Assembly (NCBI GenBank): GCA_951406725.2 | Contig: OX597836.1 | Span: 8,432,001 to 8,496,000, forward strand | Origin: Octopus vulgaris | Taxonomy: Eukaryota | Direction: 5' to 3' | Length of the DNA stretch: 64,000 nt | Shown here: positions 1 to 14,127 of the stretch, piece after piece | How the letters are laid out: every line of letters starts with the position of its first letter | How positions within the stretch are numbered: the stretch's first letter is position 1 | The notes under the pieces: model-generated | Told to the model about the DNA's origin: nothing | Database searches by the model: none | The model's input: only the letters and a program-made list of their open reading frames with translations | Translations under genes and position numbers: made by a program

Positions 1-119
1 ACAATAAGCATAAACATTTAAACCTATATATATATGTATATACATACATACATATATATATACAAATATATACACATATATATATATATTTATATATCTG
101 TGTGTTTGTGTGTCTGTGT

Positions 120-157
<38 letters not shown>

Positions 158-159
<2 letters not shown>

Positions 160-203
160 TCATCATCGTTTAACGTCCGCTTTCCATGCTAGCATGGGTT
201 GGA
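158..203 (-). mobile_element. 3' tail fragment of an RTE-type LINE/SINE
   Basis: Minus strand gtccaacccatgctagcatggaaagcggacgttaaac(gat)n: palindrome ccatgctagcatgg and a (TGA)n tail, inserted in (TA)n. Confidence 0.5.
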
Positions 204-221
204 CTATATATATGCATATAT

Positions 222-296
<75 letters not shown>

Positions 297-346
297 TGTA
301 TACATATATATATATACATATACGTATACACACACATACACACACA

Positions 347-545
347 CATTGTAACCACATGTGAATCGTTGGCGATATTTTCCCCCTGTCTTCCTTTTCC
401 CTTGGACTTTCCTCTGTCTCCTGTTTCTGAAGAAGAGCTTTGCTCGAAACGTAAAACCACATTACTTTCCTTCCCTGAGCGTCTGCTAATACTTTACCTG
501 CACCACGTCCTCACTTTGTTTTTTGTGTTTGTTCTTCGGTTTTTT
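347..545 (+). mobile_element. PLE-like/retrozyme short element family A, HHR at 423-457
   Basis: Flanked by (CA)n; homologous to 15904-16101 and 52564-52755. Confidence 0.7.
423..457 (+). ncRNA. Minimal type I hammerhead ribozyme
   Basis: GUUU-CUGAAGA-A-GAGC(UUU)GCUC-GAAAC-GU-A-AAAC: stem I GUUU/AAAC, stem II GAGC/GCUC, palindromic stem III ACGU, GUA cleavage triplet. Confidence 0.75.
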
Positions 546-551
546 ATTTAC

Positions 552-646
<95 letters not shown>

Positions 647-1425
647 AAACATATATATAACACGACTCTGTCTACAACTGGTTGCTAATTTGGGCGTTTG
701 GGAATAGACACCTGGCTAACAAAATTATGTCATGCATATCGTGCGTGTGTGTATATATATGTGTGTGTATGTGCATATATATACACATACATACATACAT
801 ACGCGCGTAAGAGAGAAAGAGAGAGAGAGAGAGAAATGCAGGTATATCAAATACTATACAACATAAATTCTTGATTTATTAAATCACCAAACTGCAATCG
901 AGACCAGCTCCTCATGGGAAGAGGAGATAAACTCAAGAACGACGATTTCTCAAAAGCTGACATTCCATTAAGGAGAAGGACAGCTTTATTGTCCACAGAT
1001 AAGAGGACCGTCATGGGTACGTGTTTCTCGCTCAATAACCGTCATCAGCGCCAAGGTCGCTTTAATTTTTTCGCCATTTGCCAAGTACTGAGTTAATGTT
1101 CAGAAGAGACACTTTTTCATATATGTATATATTTATCTGAATAAGTACATGATTTTTTTCATTTTAGCAATAATTTTCTCTTCAACATACACAAAAAAAA
1201 CAAACAAACAAACACACACACACACACACACATTGCTAAGACTTGCTACAAGTTAATATCATACATATTCATTTAATATCAAAAATCAGAAATCTTCACT
1301 ATTTTCTGTTTGCAGAGTTGTTTGGCAGCCCAAATAATTAATAATTTTATAGGGAAAAATACCTCGCTCAGATTAATTATGGCTTCTGCTCTATCGTGTG
1401 GAATACGTAGGTACCGTTTTTGCGA

Positions 1426-1479
<54 letters not shown>

Positions 1480-1528
1480 GTGTGTGTGCGTGAGCGTGTG
1501 CGCGTGTATATATATATATATATTGACA

Positions 1529-1559
<31 letters not shown>

Positions 1560-1560
1560 T

Positions 1561-1596
<36 letters not shown>

Positions 1597-1922
1597 TTTG
1601 GAAATATATGTATGTATATATACGCACATACACACATACTTTGATTAATTTTCACTTGCCAAAAATGTGCATATGTAATATAAGAAAATGAATATATACA
1701 TACATGCGTACATTCATAAATACATACATACATACATACATAAATACATATATATATATGCATATATAAACATACATGTCTACACGTAAATATATATGAC
1801 ATATAGCAAAACAGCACACATACACACGCTCATGCAAACACGTACAGACACATTCATACATTGAAACACACATGAACACACAATTAAATTTGCATATACA
1901 CACATTGACACCATATCTAATA

Positions 1923-1965
<43 letters not shown>

Positions 1966-2086
1966 CTATTCTACGTCATCACCAAAGGTCGACATCTTTA
2001 AAGTCTTTTCTCATTTTGTTTACCGTTTCTTTCTCTCTGCCTCTTACGTTCTGCCCCCAGCTTCATCCTTATATATGTGTGTGTGT

Positions 2087-2142
<56 letters not shown>

Positions 2143-2328
2143 TCCTCTCTCTCTCTCTCTCTGGCTTTGTCTCTGTCGGTCAGTCTCTCTCTCTCTCTCT
2201 TTTCTTTCCTTCAAATAACATTTGGCAATTATTCCGTCGATGTGGCCAAAAAACCCTCAGCTTTCACACCTCTTTGCACACACGCACACACACACGCACG
2301 CACACACACACACACACATATATATACA

Positions 2329-2404
<76 letters not shown>

Positions 2405-2704
2405 TACACACACAAACACACACTCACACAAACACACTCACATACACACAAACACACGCGCGCACAGACACGCAAATACACACATAAACAAACACATACA
2501 CACACAAACACACACACACACACACACGTACACACACGCAAACATGCACACACAAACACACACACAAGCACAAACTCTCTCACACACACAAATATACAAA
2601 CACACACATAAACACACACACACGCACACTCATATACACTCATATATATATACCTCTGTGTGTGTGTTTATATGTGTGTGTGTGTATGTGTGTTTGTGTG
2701 TGCT

Positions 2705-2898
2705 AGTGTTTGTACTCCAACCATCACTTGATAACCGATGTTGGTGTGTTTACGTCCCCGTAACTTAGCGGTTCGGCAAAAGAGACTGATAGTAGAAGCA
2801 CTAGGCTTAGAAATAATAAGTCCTCGGGTCGATTTGTTCGACTAAAGGCAGTGCTCCAGCATGGCCGCAGTCAAATGATTGAAACAAATAAAAGAATT
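2705..2898 (+). mobile_element. SINE family 1, 3' half
   Basis: cgtccccgtaacttagcggttcggc...gctccagcatggccgcagtcaaatga tail shared with more than 12 copies in the window. Confidence 0.85.
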
Positions 2899-3329
2899 AA
2901 AAAATATATATATGTATGTGTGTGTATGTATGTATGTAGAACTCAATATATGATTTGGAGTAAAGCATCAGACGTGTACACAGCTTTTAATATCCAAGAA
3001 TGAATAGCAAAAGAATAGGAGTTACGTAACCATTTCAGTAGCTTACAGCTGTTACTGCTATAAGAAGCAATGCACTCCGAGCTGAGTGCTTGTGCACTGC
3101 TTCTTATAGCTTCCTCGGAGCCAATTAAAACATATGCATGCATGCATGTATGTATGTATGTATGTATGTATGTATGTATGTATGTATGTATGTATGTATG
3201 TATGTATGTATGTATATATGTATGTATTATGTATGTATGTATGTATGTAAGAATATGTATTTGTCTTCGTTTTTCATCATAAAGTCATGAAGTCTCTTTA
3301 TCTGACTCCTGTACAACGGCCAGTTTTCG

Positions 3330-4010
3330 GCACCATATAAAAGAGAAAATAGAACGACTGTTCAGTAGGTCTTGTAATGGATTCTATTTCAAAACCAGAC
3401 GATTATTCCATAGCCGTAGATGCAATCATCCAAATATCAGCCTTTACTTTTGAAGTTCGATGTTAATACATCCGTATTTCGATATACTGTCTGGATAGGT
3501 AAACTTTAGCCTAGTTCTTAGATTAATGCCGCCAACTTTCATGTGTTGAAATAGAATTTGGTTGGAATATTATTCTTTTGATTTCCTTTATGTTTTTCTT
3601 GAGTCTCAATTTTAGATGCAATAGAGAACGCATCCACAATTCTCTTTAAGCACTGTGACTTATGATTGACTAGCAGGCTGTCGTCTGCTTTCAGTGATTT
3701 TCTACTGAAAGCAGACAACCTACAAAGACTTGGGCGGTTCTGCTTTATTTTGGTTTAAAATGAGCGACTTTCAAAAAGTTTGCAGTCTGGCAAGAATGTA
3801 TATAAATTTTCATTCTCAAATTCTACACTGCTGCGAGAAAGATGGTGAACATCATAAAGGGCCAATGTAAATCCCTATTTATGGCTGTTTTTTTTGTTGT
3901 TATATTCTGTCAAGAACGCAGCAGAGTACAGTGTAAAGCTCGTCCACCTTCAGATGCATTTTAAAAACCACTTCGCTGGACTCTGAGAAAACGAGAAGAA
4001 TAAAGGCGAA
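3330..4010 (+). pseudogene. Possible highly decayed hAT (Charlie-like) transposase
   Basis: Short peptide remnants in the expected order (DDYSIAVD; KHC; AARKMVNIIKG; FCQE) with many stops and frameshifts. Confidence 0.3.
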
Positions 4011-4127
4011 GAATGTCGATGCGAAAAGTGGAAGAAGAAAGAATAGAAAAGTATGAAAACCAAGATCCGCATCCTCCCTTATTGCAGAAACTACAATTAG
4101 TGCATCCATCTATCTATCTGTCCATAG

Positions 4128-4279
<152 letters not shown>

Positions 4280-4339
4280 GTCTGTCTGTCTGTCTCTGTC
4301 CATTTCTCTCTCTCTCTCTCTCTATATATATATACACAC

Positions 4340-4400
<61 letters not shown>

Positions 4401-4976
4401 GAGAGAAATAGATAGATAGATGGATAGATAGATAAATAGATACACTCATACACACCTAAATGCGCCCCCCCCCCACACACACTCATTCTCCCAAACGCAG
4501 TAAGTCCATAACCAAATCCATTGCGCTTTCGGTTTTTGTCGGGTTGCGATATGGAAACGAAGAAGAAGAAGAAGAAGAAGAAGAAGAAGAAGAAGGAGAA
4601 GGAGGAGAAGAAGAAGAAGAAGAAGAAGAAGAAGAAGAAGAAGAAGAAGAAGAAGAAGAAGAAGAAGAAGAAGAAGAAGAAGGGAAGCGGGGGAAAATCT
4701 TTAGTTTGAGATCTTTGCACAGATATAATGGCAGCACGAAGGTAGAGGGGGAAGGGGTGGTGGAAATGACATCGGTTCCAATAGAGATATAGAAGAGGAG
4801 CAAGGAGGAGGAGGAGGAGGAGCGGGAGGGGGACGTTGGACCCAGTGCATATTTAGTGGAGAGGTGAAGGGGCCAGCGGGGAGAGTCATTAATAAATTTG
4901 TATTCTGCAGTACAAAATATATTTCCGTTCAGTTTTTTATTGGATTTCTGTAACGTAATCTCACTTTACTTTCACT

Positions 4977-5063
<87 letters not shown>

Positions 5064-5331
5064 TCCTCTATGCCTTTCTTGTTCTCTCTTTCCGATAAAC
5101 TATTGGTGATAGAAGAATTTTGATTTATATTACTTAACTCCTTAGCCCCCCCACCCTTCCCCCTCTCTTTTCGACTCTCTCTTTTTACGTCTCTCTTTCT
5201 TCCTTCCTCCCTCCCTCTCCACTCCCCCTCTTCGTTTATGTAAATATCTATGAACATGTATTTGTTTATCTCTGTATGTCTTTGGCGCTAGAACCAGTAA
5301 AAAGACTACACACACACACATATATATATAC

Positions 5332-5380
<49 letters not shown>

Positions 5381-5388
5381 TATATGCA

Positions 5389-5441
<53 letters not shown>

Positions 5442-5462
5442 GTATATATACATATATATATA

Positions 5463-5845
5463 TTCTTTTACTCTTTTACTTGTTTCAGTCATTTGACTGC
5501 GGCCATGCTGGAGCACCGCCTTTAGTCGAGCAAATCGACCCCAGGACTTATTCTTTGTAACCCTAGTACTTATTCTATCGGTTTCTTTTGACGAACCGCT
5601 AAGTTACGGGGACGTAAACACACCAGCATCGGTTGTCAAGCGATGTTGGGGGGACAAGCACAGACACACAAATATATGCACACACATACATATATACGCA
5701 TATATACGACGGGCTTCTTTCAGTTTCCGTCTACCAAATCCACTCACAAGTCTTTGGTCGGTCCAAGGCCTTAATAGAAGACATTTGCCCAAGGTACCAC
5801 GCAGTGGGACTGAACCCGGAACCATGTGGTTCGTAAACAAGCTAC
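5463..5845 (-). mobile_element. SINE family 1 (tRNA-like head, internal microsatellite, CR1-like tail)
   Basis: Near full-length match to the other copies; head slightly truncated. Confidence 0.9.
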
Positions 5846-5865
5846 ATATATATATATATATGACC

Positions 5866-6145
5866 TGATACTCCATCGGTTACGACTACGAGGGTTCCAG
5901 TTGATCCAATCGACGAAACAGCCTGCTTGTGAAACGTACAAGTGGCTGAGTACTCCACAGACACACGTACTTTTAACGTAGTTCTTAGGGATATTCAGCG
6001 TGACGTAGAATGTGACACAACGTTGGTCCCTTTGAAATTACAGGTACAACTCATTTTTGCCAGTTGAGTGGACTGGAGCAATCTGAAATGAAGTATCTTG
6101 CTCAAGGACACATCATCTCCTATCCCCACCGGGAATCGAACTCAC
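5866..6145 (-). mobile_element. SINE family 3 (tRNA-derived)
   Basis: Similar to 13555-13875, 34945-35335, 51960-52190 and 55226-55613. Confidence 0.8.
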
Positions 6146-6361
6146 GTCTCATACCTTACACTTTCAAAATGGTCTCGCTACGGTATGCGGTTCTTGTTCC
6201 TGTCGTTGATGTTCAACCATATTTGAGTAAATCAATGATCAAAGCGTTTCAGCCATGACCACCCAATCTTGTTTTCAGGCAATATACGCGCAGGAGTGGC
6301 TGTGTATACATGTGCTTGTATGTGTATGTGCGTGTGTGCGCTCAAATGTGAGAGAGAGTTT

Positions 6362-6410
<49 letters not shown>

Positions 6411-6412
6411 TA

Positions 6413-6448
<36 letters not shown>

Positions 6449-6964
6449 CTTGTGTGTCTATGTTTGTATATGACTTTGCTATGATTGCGTACAAAATATA
6501 AATGCGATCCTCTCTGCCTGTTTGTGTGGGGGTGTGTTTGCGTTTGTACGTGTGTTTATTCGTACGTATGTGCATGTATACATGTGCTTGCGTGTGTATG
6601 CGTGTGTGTGCGTGTGCGCGCTCAGATGTGAAGATTACAACTAGTGTTTTGTGACAAATTGTTAAAAATTCTTGAAAACCATTGCCAATTCTGTATAACA
6701 AATGAAATCGTTTTTGCGCAATCGAAGTCAAATGTTATCAAAATCACTTTATTTCATGACTTCAGGTTCTACGAAAGGTCAGATCAAACTTTCTTGAGAC
6801 AGCTCATCATCTTAAATATTTCTGGTTTGTATTTTAGCAATTCCATATAAGCCTGAGAGCTGGTAGAATCGTTAGCACGCCGGGCAATATGCTTAGCGGC
6901 ATTTCGTCTGTCTTTACGTTCTGAGTTCAAAATTCGCCGATGTTAGCTTTGCTTTTCATATATT

Positions 6965-7225
6965 TATTTAATTTTTATTTAATTTTTAAAAATTTAATTT
7001 GCTTTGCGGGAAGGACTGTTTCAACGAAGTCGCGTATTGTCCTTACCTTCGAAATGCGGAGTAGACGAAACAGGGACAACTGATGAAGGGGAATATTCTT
7101 TATGTTGCATGTCTCGTTTCTCTTATCTTTTTTTCGTAGTTCGAAAAAGTTCGTTTTCGATGTTTTTGTTTTTATGTTTTCGTTTCTCACTGTGTTCAAC
7201 GTTTTTTTTTATGTCCTGTACCCAT
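6965..7225 (+). mobile_element. Microsatellite-adjacent element with a pseudoknotted RNA-like core
   Basis: Five complementary blocks in 7011-7079, then CTGATGA and a U-rich tail. Confidence 0.45.
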
Positions 7226-7305
7226 ATATGCACGTATATATACATATATATGTAGGTATGAACATATACGTATGTATATATGCATATATTTATATATTAT
7301 TTATT

Positions 7306-7336
<31 letters not shown>

Positions 7337-7376
7337 TATATTATATTATATTATATTATATTATATTATATTATAT

Positions 7377-7439
<63 letters not shown>

Positions 7440-7613
7440 TTCCCTTTGCAAATACTGATAGGACACAGAATGTGTGTCAATATCCAGCTGGAGGAGGTGT
7501 CCTCCTGGGGCTACAAGCTACAGTTGCATCCACCCTTAGGGGTTAGCCACATTTAAGTAGCAAATATACTTCATGATGTGTTGCAGCTACTGTTTATACC
7601 TCGCTCAGAGATT

Positions 7614-7667
<54 letters not shown>

Positions 7668-8089
7668 TTGAAACACTCCTGTCACAACCTGGGACCTTGA
7701 AGACTGCTATAATGCAAGAAAGTATACTAGCCCCTTAATATTTAATATTCAATATATCATCTATTCAATAAGACAATCAATACATCATTTCATTTTACTA
7801 TATATATATTATTTATACTATATATTCTATATTCTACGTTAATATTATAAAGAATACAAATAAAACAAAAAACAGACAGAGCTGGAATCCCTTTGAATAA
7901 TATATATCCCTCTATATACAATCATACAAACCCCTTTATATATATATATATAACGCAACGCGACGGTTATCTAAATAAACGAAACTTTGACCCAATGGAC
8001 GATTGGCCGAAGTACTAAAGATTCACTCAACCATTTAATACAAGAGAGAGAGAGAAATAGATAGATAGATTGATAGACAGATAGATGGG

Positions 8090-8123
<34 letters not shown>

Positions 8124-8824
8124 CCTTACCCAATCGAAGAAACACAAATTTTAATCACAACGAGACATCAATGGAAAATTTAGTTTTCAGACGTCTCCGC
8201 TAAATTGGTCGTCCGGTCACAATGTCTAAAGGGCACAAACACCTGGCCATTCCACTCAAAGAAAGAACAGAAGTTCTAACGTACTGTGGCAGTCTTTTGG
8301 GAGTTTCCTTTGATCGTTAATATGGTTTCTCGCTTGGCTTGTTCGTGTTTTATTTAGTTTATGCTTCATGGTTGTGTTTGTGTTTTATTTAGCTAGACAT
8401 TAGTGTGGGCATGTATGTGAGTGTATATGTATGTATGTGTATGTGTTTGTGTGTATGTATGTATGTATGTATGTATGTATGTATGTATGTATGTATGTAT
8501 GTATGAATGTGTGCATGTATGTATGTATATGTGTTTGTGTGTATGTGCATATAAGTATGTGTGTAGCTATATACATACAAGCGTACACACACACACATTT
8601 CAAAGGTAGGACAAATAGAACATAAGCAGAAATCAAACAAAACACAACACACGGAAAATAGATGATAACATAACAAACAGAAAACAGGACACAAACAAGA
8701 TACACGGACCATTCGCAGCAGATTTCCTCTTCAGTCGGTTTCTGGAAAGTCATTTTAGTTTCGCACCCCATATACATACATACATACATACATACATACA
8801 TACATACATACATACATACATACA

Positions 8825-8860
<36 letters not shown>

Positions 8861-8879
8861 TAGAAATTAAATATAAAAT

Positions 8880-9200
8880 ATAAATTACAAAGTGGGACAA
8901 GAACGCAAAAACACACAAGGAGACGACACAAAAAAACAGACGGGTCACTCGAATCCTCTAATCTTCAGTCGGGAACCGGATCATCTTAGTAATTTCGGCT
9001 GTTTAATCTCGATATCACTCCGATCCGGCCAGCCCCAAGGAAAAACCAAGCCACAGGCATTGGATTTCTTGGAAAGAGGGTCGAATGTATACGGAACAAA
9101 GACAGGATGCCACACGAATATAAATACAAGAAACAAAAATAGAAATAAAAAACAGAAATAAAAAACACGAATGGTGGACAGTACAAGGACAACTTTAGAC
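8880..9200 (-). mobile_element. Structured element family B (partial sibling at ~8575-8770)
   Basis: Homologous to 42240-42560 (ccaagg/aaatc...tttttccttggggctggc...gccgaaatt...gactgaNga...tgacccgtc); microsatellite-flanked. Confidence 0.65.
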
Positions 9201-9220
9201 AATTTTTAACTTATCTATAT

Positions 9221-9328
<108 letters not shown>

Positions 9329-9619
9329 CATCTTCTGAGTTTGTTTACGGGAAACGTTTTAAATATACGAATAAAGCCCCTATTCCATTATGCGGACCAC
9401 GGTCTAATGATGCTGACTGATGAACCAGGCTTTTTGGGGTTGCTTCCAGATGTACCAATATAATGTAGGATGAATATAGTAATAATAACCGCTACGCACG
9501 TTTCCACTAATCTTTCATTTATCAGACGGCAGCACGCAACACAGTACCACACGTTGCATGTTTCTAGATGGTCGGGAAATATTTGATATTCCCGTTCTAC
9601 AAACTACACAGTCTCAGTG

Positions 9620-10120
<501 letters not shown>

Positions 10121-10140
10121 ATTAATAATAATAATAATAA

Positions 10141-10320
10141 TCAACATCATCATCTTCATCACCATCAACATCATCGTCTTCATCACCACTACCATCACCA
10201 TCAACATCATCATCTTCATCACCACTACCATCACCATCAACATCATCATCTTCATCACCACTACCATCACCATCAACATCATCATCTTCATCACCACTAC
10301 CATCACCATCATCATCATCA
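10141..10320. repeat. 36-bp minisatellite (~4-5 units)
   Basis: tcaacatcatcatcttcatcaccactaccatcacca repeated in tandem. Confidence 0.85.
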
Positions 10321-10960
10321 TTGTCGTCGTCGTCGTTGTCAACGTCATCAGTAGTAAAGACAAGAACAACAAGAACAAGAACAAGAAGAAGAAGAAGAAG
10401 AAGAACAACAACAACAACAATAACAACAACAACAACATCAACAACAACAGCAACGTCCTCAGTACCCTAGCACCGTGCAGCTCCTCCATTCTCATTCTCA
10501 GCTTATCCGTTCGCCATTCAACGCCATACTTTCACGAGAAAGCAACGACCTCTTCTTCCTTTCACCTCGGCCGCGTAATCCGCCAGATTTTTTTTTTTCG
10601 CATGGAAGCGATTAACACTCGTCGGGTGGCTAATCCACGCAAATTCTCAATCGCACATTCTGTTTCTCATTATCGTATTTAATCACAAACACCACCTACC
10701 CTACACCCCCATCCCCCCCCCCCCCGCCATTTGCAAACATTCATTAAGCGACGAGTTACAAGAGCCTAGAATTTCGTTTTCTTTGTAATTACACAGCAAA
10801 CTTTAATGAGTGTATTGGAACGAAACTCTGCGACATCGAGTCACTGTTGTTCCTCTCGTAAATAAAAATACAACTATTTTGCTTCCTGCATTATCTCTCT
10901 TTTCCCTCCTGTTTGTGAAAACAGTACTTACAGACACAAATATACGCGTATATATATACA

Positions 10961-11136
10961 CTGTTGTGTCTGGGGAGACTCGTTTTCTTTTTGTGTCTTA
11001 TAATTTAACACATTCACCGGTAAAATTTCCACTTATTTCTTATTTTTATTTTCCTGAAATTTTCGTTGCGTCTTGCAACCTTTTCAATGGTCAATATAAG
11101 GCACAAAAAGAAAATGACTCTCCCCAGACACAACAG
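10961..11136 (-). mobile_element. Inverted-repeat PLE-like element with U3-A8 HHR motif (11053-11090)
   Basis: ~41-bp arms ctgttgtgtctggggaga...cttata / tataagg...tctccccagacacaacag. Minus strand reads UUGAAAA-G-GUUGC(AAGAC)GCAAC-GAAAAUUUC. Confidence 0.6.
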
Positions 11137-11268
11137 AATATGCTTCAACACACGAAGTCACATAAAGAATCTTGCAATCCAAAAACGAAATATATGTGTG
11201 TGTGTGTGTGTGTGTGTGATATAATAATATATATAACAATATTTCCATCTACTTAACCTTCTCACATC

Positions 11269-11316
11269 GTCTCTGATGAAGGGATATCACTAATAGCCCA
11301 GAAACAGCTGTAAGGC
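11269..11316 (+). ncRNA. Type I hammerhead ribozyme motif
   Basis: GUCU-CUGAUGA-AGGGAUAU...AUAGCCCA-GAAAC-AGCU-GU-A-AGGC; stem III is the palindrome ACAGCUGU. Confidence 0.65.
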
Positions 11317-11444
11317 TAACTTTCTCTTTAGAAATGTCCTGAAAATTCCACACACCCTTGGCTTTGTTGTCTCACTTTATTTAACATATACATGCTGATA
11401 CAAGACCCGTATTTGCCACCTTGGGTCTTCTGGATACCAATATC

Positions 11445-11488
<44 letters not shown>

Positions 11489-11525
11489 TCGGGGTGAGTA
11501 CTTGATAATTATTTTATTTTGATCA

Positions 11526-11563
<38 letters not shown>

Positions 11564-12057
11564 GTGTGTGTGTGACTTATGCTTTTCTTACTATTTCTTG
11601 CTCCCTACCTCCCTTCCACCTCCGTCTTCCTTTCTCTCTTATCTCTCACTGTCCTCAATACTTTTCCTCCTTTTCTTCCCCACTTCTCATCCAGTGAAAA
11701 TGCGCAACTCTCGGTCACGTGTTTCAAATATCAGCATTAACACCCAGAAAGAAATATGCGGTGATGTAAACATGCTGACAGATAGACAGACAAACGGTTT
11801 TAGTTAGTATTAACGTATTTAATCTGGGGAAGATTTCTAAGCTAATTATATCATGAGGCTAGACAGATCGATATACATACTGACAGATAAGCAAGTTAGT
11901 GTTAACCACAGTTAATGCGTGAAGAATAGAAAAGCTAACCAGCAATAATTATGCTGTTAGGTTAATTGGATAGACAGACAGACAGCTAGTGATAACATTT
12001 GCTACATAACAAATGGGAAAAGTAACACGGAATAATTATGAGGTGAGAAAATTATTA

Positions 12058-12325
12058 GTAGGAGTGGCTGTGTGGTAAGTAGCTTGCTTACCAACCACAT
12101 GGTCCCGGGTTCAGTCCCACTGCCTGGCACCTTGGGCAAGTGTCTTCTACTATAGCCTCGGGCCGATCAACTTAGCGTCCTCGTAACTTAGCGGTTCGGC
12201 AAAAGAGACCGATAGAATAAGTACTAGGCTTACAAAGAATAAGTCTTGGGGTCGATTTGCTCGACTAAAAAAGACGGTGCTCCAGCGTGGCTACAGTCAA
12301 ACTGATTGAAACAAGTAAAAAGAGT
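12058..12325 (+). mobile_element. SINE family 1, internally deleted
   Basis: Head ggagtggctgtgtggtaag...gggttcagtccc joined directly to the tail region. Confidence 0.85.
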
Positions 12326-12540
12326 AGATAACTAATATCTGTTCCAATGAGTATGAGATGCAAATCCGGACATGTTTCAGTTTTTTTCTGACTTCATCAG
12401 AAAACAAAAAACATGTTCTTTGCCGCATTGGGCGAAGTAGTGATGTAAGAGTTATCTGATAAAAGGGAGTAAGCTTTTTAACCATTTAGCATTCAGATTT
12501 TTCTGTAAAATGTAATGTGTAAGCTAGTGTCATCAGTAGT

Positions 12541-13506
12541 TCCAGAAATTCCGAACCGGAAACTACAGCCTAAAAAACAAGCCACGTCCTGGAAGATCTG
12601 TAGAGCTCGATGAGGACGTTCTGCAAACCCTGGTGGAACAAAATCCCATCGTAACTGTTGAGGAACTAGCAGAGAAGCTTGGATTTGGTCATTCAACCAT
12701 TCATTGACGCTTGCATGCCATCGGAAATGTCAGCAAATTGGGTCAATGAGTTTGTCACAAACTTTCCGAGTCTAATCGCGCGCAGAGAATGAATGTGTGC
12801 TCTTCTTTGCTGTCACGTCTCACAAATGAACCTTTTTTGGATCGAATAGTGAATGATGACGAGAAATGGGTTCTCTACAAAAATGTTAAGCGCCGAAGAT
12901 AGTGGTTAGGGAAAGGAGAAACACTGAGACCCAAGGCTAAAGAAGTTCTTCAACCACGTAAAGTGTTGTTATCTGTTTGGTGGGATATGAAAGGTTTAGT
13001 CCACTTTGAACTTTTAAACCCAAACTAAACAATAACCAAGGAGAGCTACTGCGAGCAGTTTGAGCGGTTTAAGTGAGCACTAGAAGAAAAACGCCCATCT
13101 TTGGTTTCAAGACGAAAGGTATTCTTCCATCAGGATAATGCTTGGCCACATACAGCGCGGGTGACATTCCAAAGGCTGGAGCAGTTTGAATGGGAAACGA
13201 TGCCCCACCCACCATATTCACCATACATAGCCCCATCTGATTATCATTTATTCTTCAGTTTTTGAAATCATTTGAGCAGAAAAAATATGACTTCTTTAGA
13301 CAAGATCAGAACAGTTCTGGAGGAGTATTTTTCGTCACGGACAAGTGAATTTTGGAAGAGGAGCCTTGCAAGTCTACCAGATAAATGGAAAAGCATTTGT
13401 AGAAAATGAAGGAGAGTATATTTTAGATTAAAAAAGAACTTTGTTTATTTTAATATTGAAAAATAAAAGATTAAAAATTGCATTATTTATGGGATGACTC
13501 TCAATA
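12541..13506 (+). pseudogene. mariner (DD34D) transposase pseudogene with 3' end
   Basis: Reads PRPGRS...EELAEKLG...RIVNDDEKW...VWWDMKG...HQDNAWPH...HPPYSPYIAPSDYHLF with several in-frame stops; TIR-like cattatttatgggatgac near 13480-13506. Confidence 0.92.
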
Positions 13507-13554
13507 TGTACAGGAATATACATATGCGTACATATATACATTCATACATAGTAG

Positions 13555-13875
13555 CACTCTGTAAGTAGCACTCTGTCGGTTACAACGATGAGGGTCCCAG
13601 CTGATACGACCAACGGAGCAGCTTGCTCGTGAAAGTGCTGAGCACTCCACAGATACGTGTACCCTTAATGTAGTTCGCAGGGATGTTCAACGTGACACAA
13701 AGTGTGACAAGGCCGGCCCTTTGAAATACAGGTACTACTCGTTTTTGCCAGTTGAGTGGACTGGAGCAATGTGAAATAAAGTGTCTTGCTCAAGGACACA
13801 ACGCGTCTCCGGGAATTGAACTCACGACTCGCGATCATGAGCCGAATGTCCGAACCACATAGCCACGCGCCTTCA
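13555..13875 (-). mobile_element. SINE family 3
   Basis: Full body plus tRNA-like head (tgaaggcgcgtggct...gagttcaattccc). Confidence 0.85.
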
Positions 13876-14127
13876 CACGTACATATGTACGTACATACGT
13901 ACACACACACATATGATGGACTTCCTCATAGCTTTCGTCTTCCAAATTTGACACACAAGGTATTGGTCAGCCCGGAGCTATAATAGATTATATATGGTTA
14001 AAGGTGATATGCAGTGGGACTGAACCCAGAACCATGTGGTTGGCAAACGCGAAATTTTTAGTTAATTTCGGTTGCTGGTACAAAAGAAAATATGGCGCAA
14101 AATGGGATTGGTAGGTAAAGTATAAAA

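Noticed and set aside
847-1096. Short ORFs on both strands as a possible downstream exon (e.g. minus YLANGEKIKATLALMTVIERETRTHDGPLICGQ*)
   Set aside because: No recognisable homology or TM segments, weak acceptor, and it overlaps a degenerate HHR-like motif. Unresolved without RNA-seq.
4460-4792. Acidic poly-Glu ORF
   Set aside because: (GAA)n microsatellite; the same applies to 28252-28584 and 59569-59943.
7455-7500. CTGATAG-GACAC...GTGTC-AATA HHR-like string
   Set aside because: Both core strands deviate; not counted.
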